Below, piece by piece: positions 16,664 to 29,893 of a stretch of DNA of 64,000 nt. Origin of the DNA: Mugil cephalus (lineage: Eukaryota); the NCBI RefSeq assembly GCF_022458985.1, contig NC_061781.1:26321222-26385221 (forward strand), read 5' to 3'. Position 1 is the stretch's first letter, and each line of letters begins with the position of its first letter. The position numbers were made by a program, and so were the translations under genes. Below the pieces are notes generated by a model that saw only the letters and a program-made list of their open reading frames with translations, ran no database searches and was not told the DNA's origin.

Positions 16664-17139
16664 CTGATGGAAAGAAGAACAAATGTGAGACAGAAGGAAA
16701 ACAGTTTCTTTAATCACAAAGAACAGATAACTGTCTTGTGTTATAAACTGTTTGGGAATGATACATTAGAAATACATCAGTTCATTTTTTTTTTAATTCA
16801 ATATGCAGGATAAGATGTGTATAGGTTAGAGAAGAAGGAGACGTTAGCAGGAAAGCTAATGTGGGCTGTTGTTCAGAGTCTGTGTCTCTTGTTGTGTCTC
16901 AGGCTGCTGTCTGGCTGTTAGTCAGTCTGACTGTCTGTAATACACAGCATTCACTCCTCTCTGTCCTGCTGTTATTACTCTGGAGTAGAAACAAAGCAGT
17001 GACATTTCACTGGGAGTTCATTGAGAATGATCTTTATAATGATCTTAAATCCCCATGATGCAGAACACAACAATGAGTCTGGATGAAATCAACAAGTTTC
17101 CAGAAAAGAGTCCATCAGCAGACAGATGTCCAGTCTTAC

Positions 17140-17375
17140 TTTGTCCAGTGCTGCTCTGACTGGCTGTCTGCAGTCCAGGTCTTGTTGTGGATCTTTGTCC
17201 ACACTGGGGACAGGAGGAGTGTCCTGATGAAGCAGACTGGTCCCAGTATGAGGTGATGCACTGTCTGCAGAACCAGTGTCCACAGCTTTTAGAGACTGAA
17301 TCCTTCAGGACGTCCTGACACAAAGCACAGCAGGACGGCTGCTCCTCCACAGAAACAGGACTCCTCTTCCTCTCT
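17140..17375 (-). other. RING-like zinc-finger exon of the NLRC3-like gene (phase 2 to phase 1)
   Basis: It translates to KERKRSPVSVEEQPSCCALCQDVLKDSVSKSCGHWFCRQCITSYWDQSASSGHSSCPQCGQRSTTRPGLQTASQSSTGQ. The acceptor is tgttgacag and the donor is gtaagact. Confidence 0.7.
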
Positions 17376-17638
17376 CTGTCAACACATTTATTCATCATGA
17401 AAATCATTTGAAGATTGAAAATCTTTACAGACTTCAACATTAGGACAAATATATCTGAACATTGATGAGTGGACATTCAGAAATGGAGGTTCTCAGGTTT
17501 TACTACAGAAATACCATCAGTACTTCCTGGTTCTAAACCCAGTCCAGGATCTTACCTACCTGCACTAAAACATCTGCATCATTTACTGTAAATCATCATC
17601 TTCCATCAGGTCAGTTTACAGTAGAAACAATCTCTTAC

Positions 17639-17758
17639 TTTGTGTCTGAGGGTCCAGGTTCTTCACTGAATTTTATAGGTTCTTCTCTGGACCTGTCACT
17701 CTTCATAGACAGACATCTGGATACTGTAGACTCTGGTCTCTGTCTGTGGTACTGACCT
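17639..17758 (-). other. Duplicated 120-bp N-terminal exon of the NLR gene (symmetric phase 2-2)
   Basis: The acceptor is ttttgcag. The exon encodes GQYHRQRPESTVSRCLSMKSDRSREEPIKFSEEPGPSDTK and the donor is gtaag. It is near-identical to the 3' half of exon 1 (18108..18244). Confidence 0.65.
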
Positions 17759-18925
17759 CTGCAAAATCAAACACATTTTATTCTCATCAATCACTGATAA
17801 ACTCTGAGATAAAAGTCATTTCAGTAGCAGTAAACACACTAACTCCAGCTATTGCAGATAATGAGATGGTTTCATGTTTGTAACAGTCTCTGAGATTAGA
17901 TTCCAGCTTTTCTAGGAGACTGACAGCTGTCAGAGAAGCTCAGAGGAAGACAGGACTCAATATTTCTATTTGAGCCATGAAATCAATTCAAATATATCAG
18001 CAAATATATTGTAGTTAAAATGAATCAACCCTCAGGGACAGAAAATATACTGGAACAGACACAACTGATTTAAAATGAGTCATAAATGAGTTAGTAGCTT
18101 CTCTTACTTTGTGTCTGAGGTTCCAGGTCCTTCACCGAATTTTATAGGTTCTTCTCTGGACATATCACTCTTCATAGACAGACATCCGGATACTGTAGAC
18201 TCTGCTCCATCCTCCTCTTCTTCCATCTTCTGGACTTCAGTCATTCTGAGGTAAACCAGTAACACTGAGTTTACATCAACTTCAGTTCCAGTCAGTTTTC
18301 TCCAGTCACTTTATTTCTGGTCAAACATATTTTCACTGGAGACATTTTATTGAAACACAACAATGATTCAGCCGGTTCATGAATCCTGGCTGCTTTCTCT
18401 GGATTTATTTTAGCTTCACACTGTCAGTGCAGCTCATTCTGATCTATAATATTTAATGTCAGCTACCACAGCTCAGTGTTAACATTATACTGAGCTACAT
18501 TCTCCTAGAAACAATGGAAGTGAAACACAGAAGAGTTTCTCTCCAGTTTTCACTAAACAACAGTCAGTGTTTTGCTGCTTCTTGTTCACCATGAGAACAT
18601 TGTTCCACTGTTGTCCATATAGATTATTTATTCTTGTTTATTTTAAATAAATCAATATTTTTTCAACATGCACCATCTGTGAATAATTATCCACTGTTTC
18701 CTGTTATGTTAATGTCTTGTAAAGCTGCTCACACTCTGAACTGAGTCTTGTTGTCATGTTGAACCCAAAACTGATCCAACCTGCTCTGGTCAGTCAAGTT
18801 CAACCACAGCCCTTTGTGTCGAAGACTGGTGTGACCTTTAGTTATGAAATGCTAACATAATAGTTGTACTTTCGTTTTTACTAAAACTAAAGAAGTTTAG
18901 ATGTATTTGTCCAGTGCTGTAATAA

Positions 18926-18947
18926 CTATACCTATATATATATACAG

Positions 18948-19029
<82 letters not shown>
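18926..19029. repeat. (TA)n microsatellite, ~100 bp, in the NLR 5' region
   Basis: A perfect TA dinucleotide run is read directly from the sequence. Confidence 0.95.
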
Positions 19030-19032
<3 letters not shown>

Positions 19033-19169
19033 AGGTTTTTAACACAAATGTGTAAAAACAAAAAAGTCCAAATGTTGTTTTTGGTCATTTCACATTAAAC
19101 AGATGAGCTCAGTATCATTAACCTGATGTGTCAGTAGACACAGGAAGCTGTTTGTAGCAGTTCTCTTAC

Positions 19170-19297
19170 TTTGTGTCTGAAGGTTTAGATTCATCACTGA
19201 AGTCTGGAGGATGAAGTCTGGACTCTTCATAGACAGACATCTGGATCCTGGACACTCTGCTCTGTCCTTCTTGTCCTCCTCTAATGGAATTAGTCTG
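19170..19297 (-). other. Third, diverged copy of the NLR N-terminal exon (possible alternative first exon or relic)
   Basis: The same flanking intron sequence is present (ttctcttactttgtgtctga...). The coding part has changed to ...CLSMKSPDFILQTSVMNLNLQTQSK, so the frame and content are altered relative to the copies at 18.1 kb and 17.7 kb. Confidence 0.4.
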
Positions 19298-19979
19298 AGA
19301 GAGAAACCAGCGACACTGACTGTGAGCTCAGAGCAAAAGAATCTCAACCAACACGTTTTTCAAGAGACGCACCAAGAAATCAACAAGAAAGTAAAACACA
19401 CACTTTTCTCTTTGAACTGTCAGAAGTTGATTGTTGTGAATCTTCTTCCCTCCACAGTCGATAAAGAGAAAACTGACTCAAATGATAATAATATTGTGTC
19501 AACACTCACCCTGTCTCATCATTCAACCTTCTTCTGTTCACTCAGAATAAACCCTGAGCTCATTTCAGAATTCACTTCCTGTTCTCATGTAACTTGTTCA
19601 CTTGCTCAGGTGAGCTCCTCCCCACAGGAAATCAGGTGAGTTTATCTGTGAGGATCAGACTCACTACATGACGTGTCAACATATATCAACATATAAAATG
19701 GTTCATCTCACATATTTAGAAACACCCCCTGCATGTTACTGATATTACATGTTTGGGTCAAATTGACCCGGAGGTGAAAGGGTGTTACAAACGTGAGACT
19801 ATTTCTTTCTTTGAAACTGTGACACATACAGTACTGTGCTAAGGTTTGTAAAAAATGCTGCAAACTAAGAATGCTTTCAAAAATATAAATTATGAATGTG
19901 CATTTTTATCCATTTACTTTACTACCCTTTGGCTTCAAATCAGCATCAATCCTTATAGGTACACTGGCTCAGTGTCAGA

Positions 19980-20760
19980 GATTTTGTAGGATCTCTGTTT
20001 CTGTGCATAGTTGAGTCTCTTGGTCTTGTTTCCATGTCAGTGAGATGGATTTCTGGCTGCAGCTCTTTCATGAAGACCACTTGTGCCCAGACTTCTCCAG
20101 ACAGTAGATGATGAACCTGGGTCCCACTGGTTTCTGACAGTTCTGAGCTGATGTCTCTGCTGGACGTCTTCAGACTTTAAAGGGAAATAAGCTTGATGTG
20201 TTTTTCATCTGCTGCACTAAGTTTCCTTGACCGACCACTGCGTCTACGATCCTCAATGTTGCTTGTTTCTTTGTGCTTTTTCAAAAGAGCTTGAGCACAT
20301 CTTAAAACACCAGTCTGCTTTGAAATATTTGTCTAGGAGATCCTTGCTGATGCATTATAACTACCCCGTGTCTTGTTGCTGTGTAGTAAACAATCATTGT
20401 TTATAGTTCATACAGCATTTTTTCTCGCCTGCCTAAAACTTTTACGAATGAAAGGCGAGTGTGTGTTTGTAGTGCACGTCTTTGTCCAGAGGAGGGCAGC
20501 ATGACTCTGTGTCATGTGATTGACTGGAAACTCAGCACGAATCTGTCAAGTTACACACACTCACAGTGAGTCACACTCACCGCTTCTTAAAACATCCTTT
20601 CAACATCAAGAATTAGAATATGTTCTTAAAATTGTGCTTGAATTTTACTTGCAAAAAAGAGGACATTTATTAATTTTTAAAGCCAACAATTTACACAATC
20701 TGGGATTCCTGAGTTTTTCTGGGGTTCTGTTTACTCGGAAGAGTTAACCACTTCAGATTA
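19980..20760. mobile_element. Probable degraded DNA-transposon or interspersed-repeat remnant. The family is not assignable.
   Basis: This is a non-coding block with a composition unlike the flanking sequence. No terminal inverted repeats or intact transposase ORF could be identified. The assignment is low confidence. Confidence 0.25.
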
Positions 20761-20870
20761 ATTACTCAGGTTTTCCATATTTTTTCGAATTATTTTTAAA
20801 CATCTTCATCAATCTCAAGCAAAGGTTAAAAAGAAACCGTGGTTTTAGACAAGATTTTAATTTAAAACCT

Positions 20871-20875
20871 CAAGC

Positions 20876-20950
<75 letters not shown>
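20871..20950. repeat. (TATC)n microsatellite
   Basis: ctatctatctatc... is read directly from the sequence. Confidence 0.95.
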
Positions 20951-20951
<1 letters not shown>

Positions 20952-22230
20952 GGTGCGTCCAGGACTTTTATTTTGAAATCACAGTCACACTCGGTGCCGT
21001 TAGCTTGATGCAGGTCTTGTTGTTTCCGTGGAGCTTCATGTCGGTTCACCGCTGCTTCCTGACAGCAGCTGCATGACTGGTAAAATAAACTTCTTATTTC
21101 TTTTTTAGCCAGACCTCTCAGATTACAGTTACTTTATTTGTTCCGAGTAGAAGGAGAATCGTTTGTTTGAAGGGAAAACGCGCTGTCATAAACCGTTTCA
21201 TAAACTATTTCATGATCTATTTCTTGACATTGTTGTTGTTTATTTACTTGTATATATACATATTGCCTATAGATAAAATGGTTAGATGAACGTCCTGTCA
21301 AATGCTTTCGCTTTGCACCTCTTGGGGCGTGCATTTTATTTATTTTTTATTTTCATTTAGGATGTTCACTTCCGCATCCTGAATTTACCTGCGAGTCAGG
21401 TTACATGTCAAAGAGGAGAAACTTCCTGAAACTTCTAGTTTTCTACTTCATCTAAGTAGTTTTAAACATTGTCTGCAGATATTAGTTCATACAAACATAT
21501 CTGTTGTAAAAGGAAAATTAAAATTAAAAAGTGCCTCCTGTTTTTTTTTGTTTGTTTGTTTATTTGTTTTTATTTATTTATTTATTTACAATTATGGTTC
21601 CCTGCAAGAAAGCAAAAGATCCAAAATAACCTGGGCACATATTCATGTAAAACACAGGTCTCAAACATATGGCCTGCAGCCCTGCAGCATGAATTTGCCA
21701 ACAAAATTCTATAACTGCTATTCCTAGTTTATCCAACACAACACTGAGACGCATGACTAAAGAGCACACAGGCATGTGTCCAAATTGCATTTATTTTTCA
21801 AAAAAATGACAATAAAAAATCTTTTATTTTGAAGAAAAGTTTATTAAATATAAACATTGTCCTAACTTACTTGTTCTTCTTTGCACTAAAACACAAAAAC
21901 AAAGAAAAGTCTTAGGATTAAGTGGGTCTCTATGTGTGAGTTTGACCTCCCTGATTTAAAACATCCTCTGAGATTCGAGGAGTACAAATCCTGAACAGTC
22001 TTTAACATTATGAGTTATATTGAAGGTTTTCTGAAATGCTGTGTTTAAATGTAGACATGAGGCATCGTTTGGTTAAATGTGTGTTAATTTGCATTTACTT
22101 TGCAAAGCAAGAATGTTAACGCTGAAATTATTTTCTTTGTTTTAGACTTTATTTATTGTTTTGACACAAACTAAATAAAACCAGCGTTTTTTTTGCTCTA
22201 ATACCTCTTGTGTCCTCTCCTCTCGCAGTC

Positions 22231-25200
22231 ATGGCTCTGTTCGAGAACTGCTCTTTGCTGCTGGAGCTGAAATATTTATCGTACAAGGAGAAGAAGAAGG
22301 TTCAGTTGGCGGTGACAGAGAACGGGGGCAACATTGCCTTTGTGGTCAATAAACAGGTCTGAGATCCAAGGCGCCATCATTGTTTTTGCGGCGTTCTGCA
22401 AACCTTCCCCTCCCTCCTCTTTATCCATGTATTTCTGCCTACGTTTCCCACAGTGCTCTCTGGTAGTGACCAGCGATGTGGCCAACCTGAGCTCCAACAG
22501 GCTGCGCAGCATCCACAAGCACCAGATCCCTGTGGTCGGAGTGGATTACGTGTACTGCTGTGTGGAGAGAGGAGTCCGTCTGCCTGTGGACGAATACAAA
22601 CTGGACACGTCCTCCACTTCAACGCTTCCTCCTCCTCCTTTGTCTTCACCAAAGAAGACTCCACGTCCACGTCAAGGTCAGTCCTCGCTGATGGTTTCAA
22701 GACACTTATGTACTAAAAAAAAACACAAACAAAAAAATGTAGGAATTTGGTTTGTGCACTTTACTGTGAAATCCAAAGCAGAGCTGCACCCACTCCCACT
22801 CAGTGACTCATGACTCCTCTGAGATTATTTTTAAGGCCTCACACAAGTCTTGTGTTTCTTATCTTGTCAACACACATGTTGATTTGTGGCCCTTCACATG
22901 AAATGGACCCATCCTGCAGGTTTAACCACACAATCTGCTGCAGGGTGTGTTTGCTCATGGTGTGTGTTCACTTGTGAACCACGGTACAGGTTTTCTTTAG
23001 ACCTTTACCTCCAGCGTGTGGCTTCACTGTGAGATTTTAATGTGTCCTGTCTTGTCTTTGTGGTTTTTAAAGTGTCTGTGATCCATGTGGTGGATGAGAC
23101 GCCTCAGAGGAACGAGGCTCCGCAGAGGAGTGGGAATGTCCTGGAAAAGTTCAGGTGAGGAAAGAGGGAACGTTAGCGAGTCACATTAGACCTGGAGGAC
23201 CATGTAGTCTGTGAAGAGTCTCTGCCCCCGTTCAGACCTCACGTTAATCTGGTCTCAGTCCACATGTGGGGGTGGTCTGGGACACATGTGACCTCATTCC
23301 TTCAGTTAGTGTGATCACACAATGAGTCCTGGTCCCATTAAAGACCAGCTACTCAACAGGAGAGGAGATGAACTCATTCATTCTTAACCTGAATAAGTGA
23401 CGTCTGCTCATTAGTGATAAGACTTTTAAGAGATTATAGTTCATTTCAAACTGAACTAGAGACTAATCTGAACTAGAACCAACTGATTCTGAGCTTTGTC
23501 TCTAAAAGAACCAGTATCAGAAATAAAGAAGAACTTCTTTAATGATCACCCAGTACTTTTTTTTTTATCTTGCTTTTCTTAACCTTTGCCCAGGTCCTTT
23601 GACTTATTAGTAATAGTATTAAAATGATGTGAAGCCTAGAAGCCAGGCGAACTTTAACTTTTTAGAATCTCTCTGCAGAGCCCAGACAAACACTTCATCT
23701 GAGCGCTACGACTGGTTGCAGAACCATCCAGATGATACAGAGACATTATTTGTATCTGAATCTGGTTACACCTGGAATTAATCTGGAACTTTCAAAAGTT
23801 TTTTGTAAGAACAGAGCTGCCAGCATTCATCATTGATTACAGTGGTAATATAAGAGCTCAAAGCTCCAGACTCTGGTAGATCTCTGCTTTCATATCTCTG
23901 TCACATGCTGGTATAAAAACTGCAGTGAACTAACAGTTCACTTGTTTTGCTTCTGTACTGAACTTGCAAGTCAAAAAAAGAACAAAAAAACATACAAAAT
24001 TTCACTCATCTTTGTTCACCTGTTGTTCAATCTGACAGGATCTACTCTGAAACTGATTCCAAACTTCCATCGTTTCCTGATCGTTTTCACGTGGCCAAGT
24101 ATTCGATCTATGAGAAGGTGAAGCTGCTCTTCATTTTATTCAGCTTTGTACGACTCTAGCGCTGGAAGAACTGCTGCAACATGATTTCCCATATTTCTCT
24201 GCAGAGAAACAGCTGGTGGGTACTGGAGCTGCAGAGCTCCACAGGAGAGAAAGGACGTCAGTATCGGGTGGTCAGGTACTGGAAGGAGGATGCTGGAGCA
24301 CAGGTATGAAAGCTTTACTGTTGTACTGCAGCTTTAAATGTGTTGTAACTGGAGTCAGACTTTTAAGGACCTGTTTAAACTGGAGCTGTTTTTATTAATC
24401 TCTATTAACGAAAGGGATATTTTTCCTCTGTTATTATTCCTTTGTTATTAAAAAGACTGGTGTTTCTATTAATCTCTACTTGTGTGTTTTGTCTTTTCTT
24501 CTTCTTCTTTTTTATATTTATATTTTTGCCAGTACTGCCACTCCACTCCACATCAAAGTGATTTACTGCAGCACTTCAGATTTGTTTTTCCCAGCGTTAC
24601 TGCTGCTTCGATCGCTTCCTGATTTCACAAATAACGATTTGGGCCGAGGTCATAAAACAGAACGACTCTAAAAGGACTTTGTTTTAGCCTTGACAGCCCT
24701 AGTTTAAACTTGTTTCTCCTCTAGACCTAAAGCTCACATTTTGTTGTAGTCTGCCGTAAAAGTAAACTGAAACCAATATGATTTTCACTCAACATTTAGA
24801 CCGAAAACCAACATTTTTTGTCAGGTGCTAAACCTGAAATAAGGGTTGCACATTTTTAATTTGAGTCAAATAAAAAAGTGATGTGATTTTTTATGATTGT
24901 TGATTTGTGAAGTCTGAACACTTAGAACATTGTAGCACACTAACCCGTCACATATCTGTGTCCGTGCCGACAGAAGGCGGCGGTGAGGGACATGCAGGTG
25001 TTTCTGTCCAGCTCAGAGGAAGCTCTGGAGGTGTACCAATCCCTCAGAGACTCGCTGGAGGCTTCAGGCCTGCAGAAGAGGAGCTGCGTCCCCCCACAGG
25101 CCAAGAACCTGGGCTCTGCCCCCCTCCACCAGGTCAGACACTCTCACTGCACGTGATGTTAACAGATCACATTCTCTGATGAGTCTCAGTGAAAACAACG

Positions 25201-28200
25201 AGAAGTCAACTGTGTTTGAACGGACATGTGTTCCTAATATTCTGACATTTTAAGCTCCACCTTTCTGGCTCTGATTCTACATCAACTGAACATTAGATCA
25301 GTCAGCAAGTGAGATTCAAAACATCTGAAAATACATTTAACACATTTCCCCTCTGTATGACCCATGTAGATCTAAGCTTGATAAAGAACAGTACAATAAT
25401 AAGACTTTCTATATTTCTGAAGCTTAAATGTCTGTAACTCACCATGTCTCAGTATATTTTAGGACTTTCATTTTAAGGAGTTTTTTTTATTGGCGTTTAG
25501 CTGGTTTTAATAAGATTTTATTATTTTTATTTATTTATACAATATGTTCAATATGCTCTCATGCCCCTTGGATTAGTAGCTCTTTCATATTTCTATGTTT
25601 TTTTCCAAACTGGTTTAAACTAAGATGCCAGAATATCTTGATTCCTGCCTTAAACTGCGTAAAATAGTGAGACTTTTCCTGTTCTTTCACATGGCAGCTT
25701 CTGTTGGAGGAGAAGCTGAACACAGGACAGTTATCTGAGGAGGTGGGCGTGTTTGTGGAGCTGCTGTGGACCGAAGCCCTCGGCTGTCTTAACGACATCC
25801 TCAGCGTTTCCATCGACAAACTCAGCATCAATGATGTAAAGATTTCTCCTAGGACTGTTCTGGGAAATATCAGCTATAGGTTTGTGATCTCAGATCACTA
25901 GAATCACGTCTGTCTCTGTTTGTAGGTGAGCAGGGCCGAGGGCTTGTTGCTTCAGGCTCAGAAGAAGCTGAGGGACAACGATTATGAGGCGGTGATTTCT
26001 CTCCTGGGGGAGTTTTACACGCTGCTGCCACACAAAAGACAAAACTTACATCCCGAGGCCAAACTCATCTCTCAGAAACTGGATCTGTGTCAGGTAATGC
26101 ACATATCCGCTGTTGCATTGGAGGCACTTGTGTAGGTTTGTATTCAATGCTGCATGAATCACACACATCTGGACAATGAAAATGCCCAGTGAAATGATGC
26201 AGAATGAACCAGCTGTTGAGACAAATTCCTCCACAAAGTTTAGGTAAAAACCTGCTGATGATCCACCTCTGCTCTCATGTGTCCTTATTTATGATGTGGA
26301 GCTACAGTCATGCACCCGGTCTGAAGTCTCATGTTGATAAGCACTGACACAGAGATATTTTATCAGAGCGATCTCACGCATTGTCCCACAGCGTAAACTA
26401 ACACAATGGTTGTGATCCTGCAGATAGACACACAAAGAACAGATAGTCCTGTTTTGAAAGGGAGTTTTAAATTTAAACTGATTGAGGTGAGTCAGGATTC
26501 GTTCGCTGTTGATGTCTCATGAAATTAATTAAGAAGCTTTAAAACATTGGACCAAATTCCCCCCAAATCTAAAAAAATTAAACTCTCAAAACATCAATCA
26601 GTCAGAGCCATTTAGTTAAAATAAATAAAATGATATAATCCTTTAATTTATCGCTCTTACTCTTCTGTCATTCACCACATTAAACCCAAATGATTCCATT
26701 GGCCCAGCGGTTCATTTTCCTCTGGATTCTGTGGAGTTAGAGAAGCAGCTCTGGGACCATAAGGTCACTGGTTCACATCCCTCCATGTGTTCTACTTGAA
26801 CAAGCATTTCCTGGAGGCTACAAAGGGGGCAGCATACACTGCTGTGTGAACAAACGAGTGGTTCAAGAATAAATTTCCCCACGAAGGAAATAAAAACGCT
26901 GGGTTCAGATTGAAAGAAAAAAAATCAACTGTTCACATTGTGAAGTAATTCAAATAATTTCTGAATTAAACGCTGTATTGAATTATTACTGAGTCAACAC
27001 ATTAGTTAAGATTAGACAGAACTGATCTGCACATGAGAGAGAGAGAGACTTTCTGTGTGGACTAACATGAACACAATCTGCTCCGTCTGTCAAGTTAATC
27101 AGAGACGTTGTGAACGTGAGTGAGATGACTCTGAGGAGCCCGGCCCCCTCCTGTGTGGGGAAGTATCGCGCACTGAGGTGCAGCATTGAGCCTGTTCCCT
27201 CCAACAGCTCCGAGTTTCAGGCCGTGAGAAATCTGCTGCAGGGCAGGTACTTCAATCTACTGATTATCATTGCAAATAACATTCAAATCTTAATGTGTTC
27301 CATATAGGCCACATCCATCCTGTATATGCTTATGCAGCCATGTTTCTGTTTGTGTGTTGCAGTAAAGTGCAGATCCAGCAGATTGTGCGTGTCAGCAGAG
27401 GAGTGGAGCTTCAGACATTTAAGAGCGAGCTCGGGAACATTAAGCCTCTTCTACATTCCTCCAGCCCCAGCAACTTTGTGGGGATCCTGTCTCGGTGAGA
27501 TAAAACACGAAGAAAATACTCAAACCTTCTAAGATCAAACAGGAAACTCCTGATGAAAGATCAGGGGCCTGTTTCTACCTACAGCTAAAGCACATCCTGC
27601 AGCATTTCTTTTCTGCTAATCTAGTCTGTCTACTTTGACTACTCACTCCAGTTGGTAGATTAATGCTCGGCTGCATTGTCCCACCATCAGGCTCCTAGCG
27701 TAGCACCCTGGGAGGAGCTGCCAGGACGTCACAAAGCAGACCACATGTCAGCTGATAATTATCAAACTAGTAATCAGAGGAAAACCTGATCTTCTAATAA
27801 CCAGGCCACCATGTGACCTATTTGAACCCACCCAGAAATTGTTGCTGATTAATTCCATGTGTTTGTGCAGACAAACTAATGACAGTGTGTACATGTACGT
27901 ATTGTATATGCTTCAGAGGCCGGCCAATGTCTGAACAAATAGTAAATGCATGCTGTGGGCTTTAACGTTTCCTGCAGCAGCTTCAGAGCATAGTTTAAAT
28001 CATTTCATCAGTATTTGACGCCGTGGGTCGAACCGTAAAGAAACCTGACGTTTGTTTTTCAGCTCAGTGTTTTTGACTTCTCTCTCTTTTTCTTTTTAGC
28101 GGCCTGCTGCTGCCCCGCGTTGGAGTGGAGCATCATGGGATAGAGAGAACAGACGTTGGCAATCTGGGCAGTGGAATCTACTTTGGTGACACCATGAGGT

Positions 28201-29856
28201 TAGTGGACCGCCTCAGATGGTGGGTTTATCAGCAGGTTCCTTTGAAAAAGGAACAATTTTAGATGTAACTGCCAGTGAGTCCTTCATGTTTAAAACTTAC
28301 TTAGTAAATCAAGCTTTCGAAGTCTGATTGCGTCCTCTGTGTTTTCCATCCACAGCACCAGTTTGAAATATTCCAAACCCAGCGTGACGGACGGCTCTCG
28401 GCTGCTGCTGGTGTGTGACGTGGCACTGGGACGGTGCAGGGACGTCCACCAGAGAGACACCACACTGACCCAGGCTCCTGAGGGACACCACAGCATGCAC
28501 GGGGTCCGGCGCACCGCTAACGCTCAGTCTGACTTTGAGGTAAGACCACACAGACCAAACAGTTTGACTGATTTTAATCAGTGATATTAACGTCGATCAG
28601 CAACATCTTTATCTTTGTGTTCTCCAGGATGATGAGTATGTGGTCTACAGCACTGACCAGGTGAGGCTGAAGTACGTGGTTCAGTTCAGCATCGAGGGAG
28701 ACCAACGGAAGGACTTCAGTCCCGACATCAACACATCGGCCGAGCTGTGTCTGCCCCCGTCCAGCCAAGGTGAACTGTCCGGGAAATTTCTTGGTATTTT
28801 TCAAGCTCGATATTTGAAACCAGAAACAAAAACTGAAATCTTTTATTCTCTAGTCTAAAACAAAACAAAACAGCTGGATTTTTCCTTGATTGAAGCAGGA
28901 AGTAGTCTCCACGGTGAACTCTAAATAAACCTGGTTCTTCTTCCTGGTTCTGACCAGATATCTTGTGTCAGAAAGTCTAAAATTCCATCTGAATATTGTT
29001 CCGTGCTCCGTTGAGATGAACAGAAATCACTGACTGATGGAAACAACTTATTCTTCTTCACCTACAAAACTGTCAGTTTTTTTATGAATCAAATAACAAC
29101 TCGTTTCTGTTTTACTCCCTTGGTTTCGTTTTTCATAGATTAAAACCAAACTAAAAGGAAATGTACTTGTTTAGCATGAAAACTTTATTTAATTTTATTT
29201 TTTATTTTTCTCTACAGGCACCATCTTAAACTGTTCCTGCACCCATTTTTTTTTTTTACTTTTACGGATATGTCAAATTTTAAAGTACTACACTCTGAAG
29301 TCAAATAACTTTGTCTTGCTACCAGTCACATGACTGCAGAAACTCTTTGTGTGTGCAGACTTTGGTTCGGAGGATAATGGTGTGGAACATGTTAAAAACC
29401 CTATGGAGGATGTGAAGGCCGGACTGTTGAACAGCTCTGGTCAGCAGCTCCCTCTGCAGGCCGTCCACGTGAAGTGCAAACTGATGGATCTGCTGTCCCA
29501 GGTGAAAAATAAACAGAAGATCTTCTTTCTGTTGTCTGTTGTTGTCCGATGTTTACTGGATCACACCTCGAGATGGAGGTCTGACAGCGGGTGTCTCTCC
29601 CCCCTCTCTAGGTTGTCATTTTCCAGAAATACACCAATCAGAGCTCTGAAGCCATCGAAGCGAAGTATGTGTTCCCTCTGGATGATTCTGCAGCCGTGTG
29701 TGGATTTGAGGCTTTCATCAATGGGAAACATGTGGTTGGACAGGTAACATGTTTTAACATTTCTATTTTTGTGTTTAAAGTAAGTTTGTTTGTGATGCTC
29801 CTGGCCAGTTGCATGGTCAGGGGCGGGGCTTAATGTGGCGTGGGACAGACGATGCC

Positions 29857-29893
<37 letters not shown>

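Larger units (their letters stand above)
11694..18244 (-). pseudogene. Fish NLR-C / NLRC3-like gene (FISNA-NACHT-LRR with an N-terminal RING-like zinc finger), probably a pseudogene. The ATG is at 18244. Exons identified are 18108..18244, 17639..17758, 17140..17375, 14870..16663 (NACHT) and three LRR exons. No B30.2 exon was found.
   Basis: The first exon encodes MTEVQKMEEEEDGAESTVSGCLSMKSDMSREEPIKFGEGPGTSDTK, the characteristic teleost NLR N-terminal peptide. The second copy encodes GQYHRQRPESTVSRCLSMKSDRSREEPIKFSEEPGPSDTK. The RING exon encodes ...CCALCQDVLKDSVSKSCGHWFCRQCITSYWDQSASSGHSSCPQC.... The large exon has Walker A GVAGVGKT and ...LLFIFDGLDESRL.... The LRR exons have the form [34 protein letters not shown]. 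Splice phases chain correctly until the NACHT exon, which is broken by frameshifts. Confidence 0.75.

Noticed and set aside
22334-22813. A 159-aa plus-strand ORF spanning PARP4 exon 2 and the adjacent intron
   Set aside because: It is merely read-through of exon 2 (22454..22676) into intron sequence. The true exon ends at the GT donor at 22677, supported by phase continuity with the exon starting at 23073.
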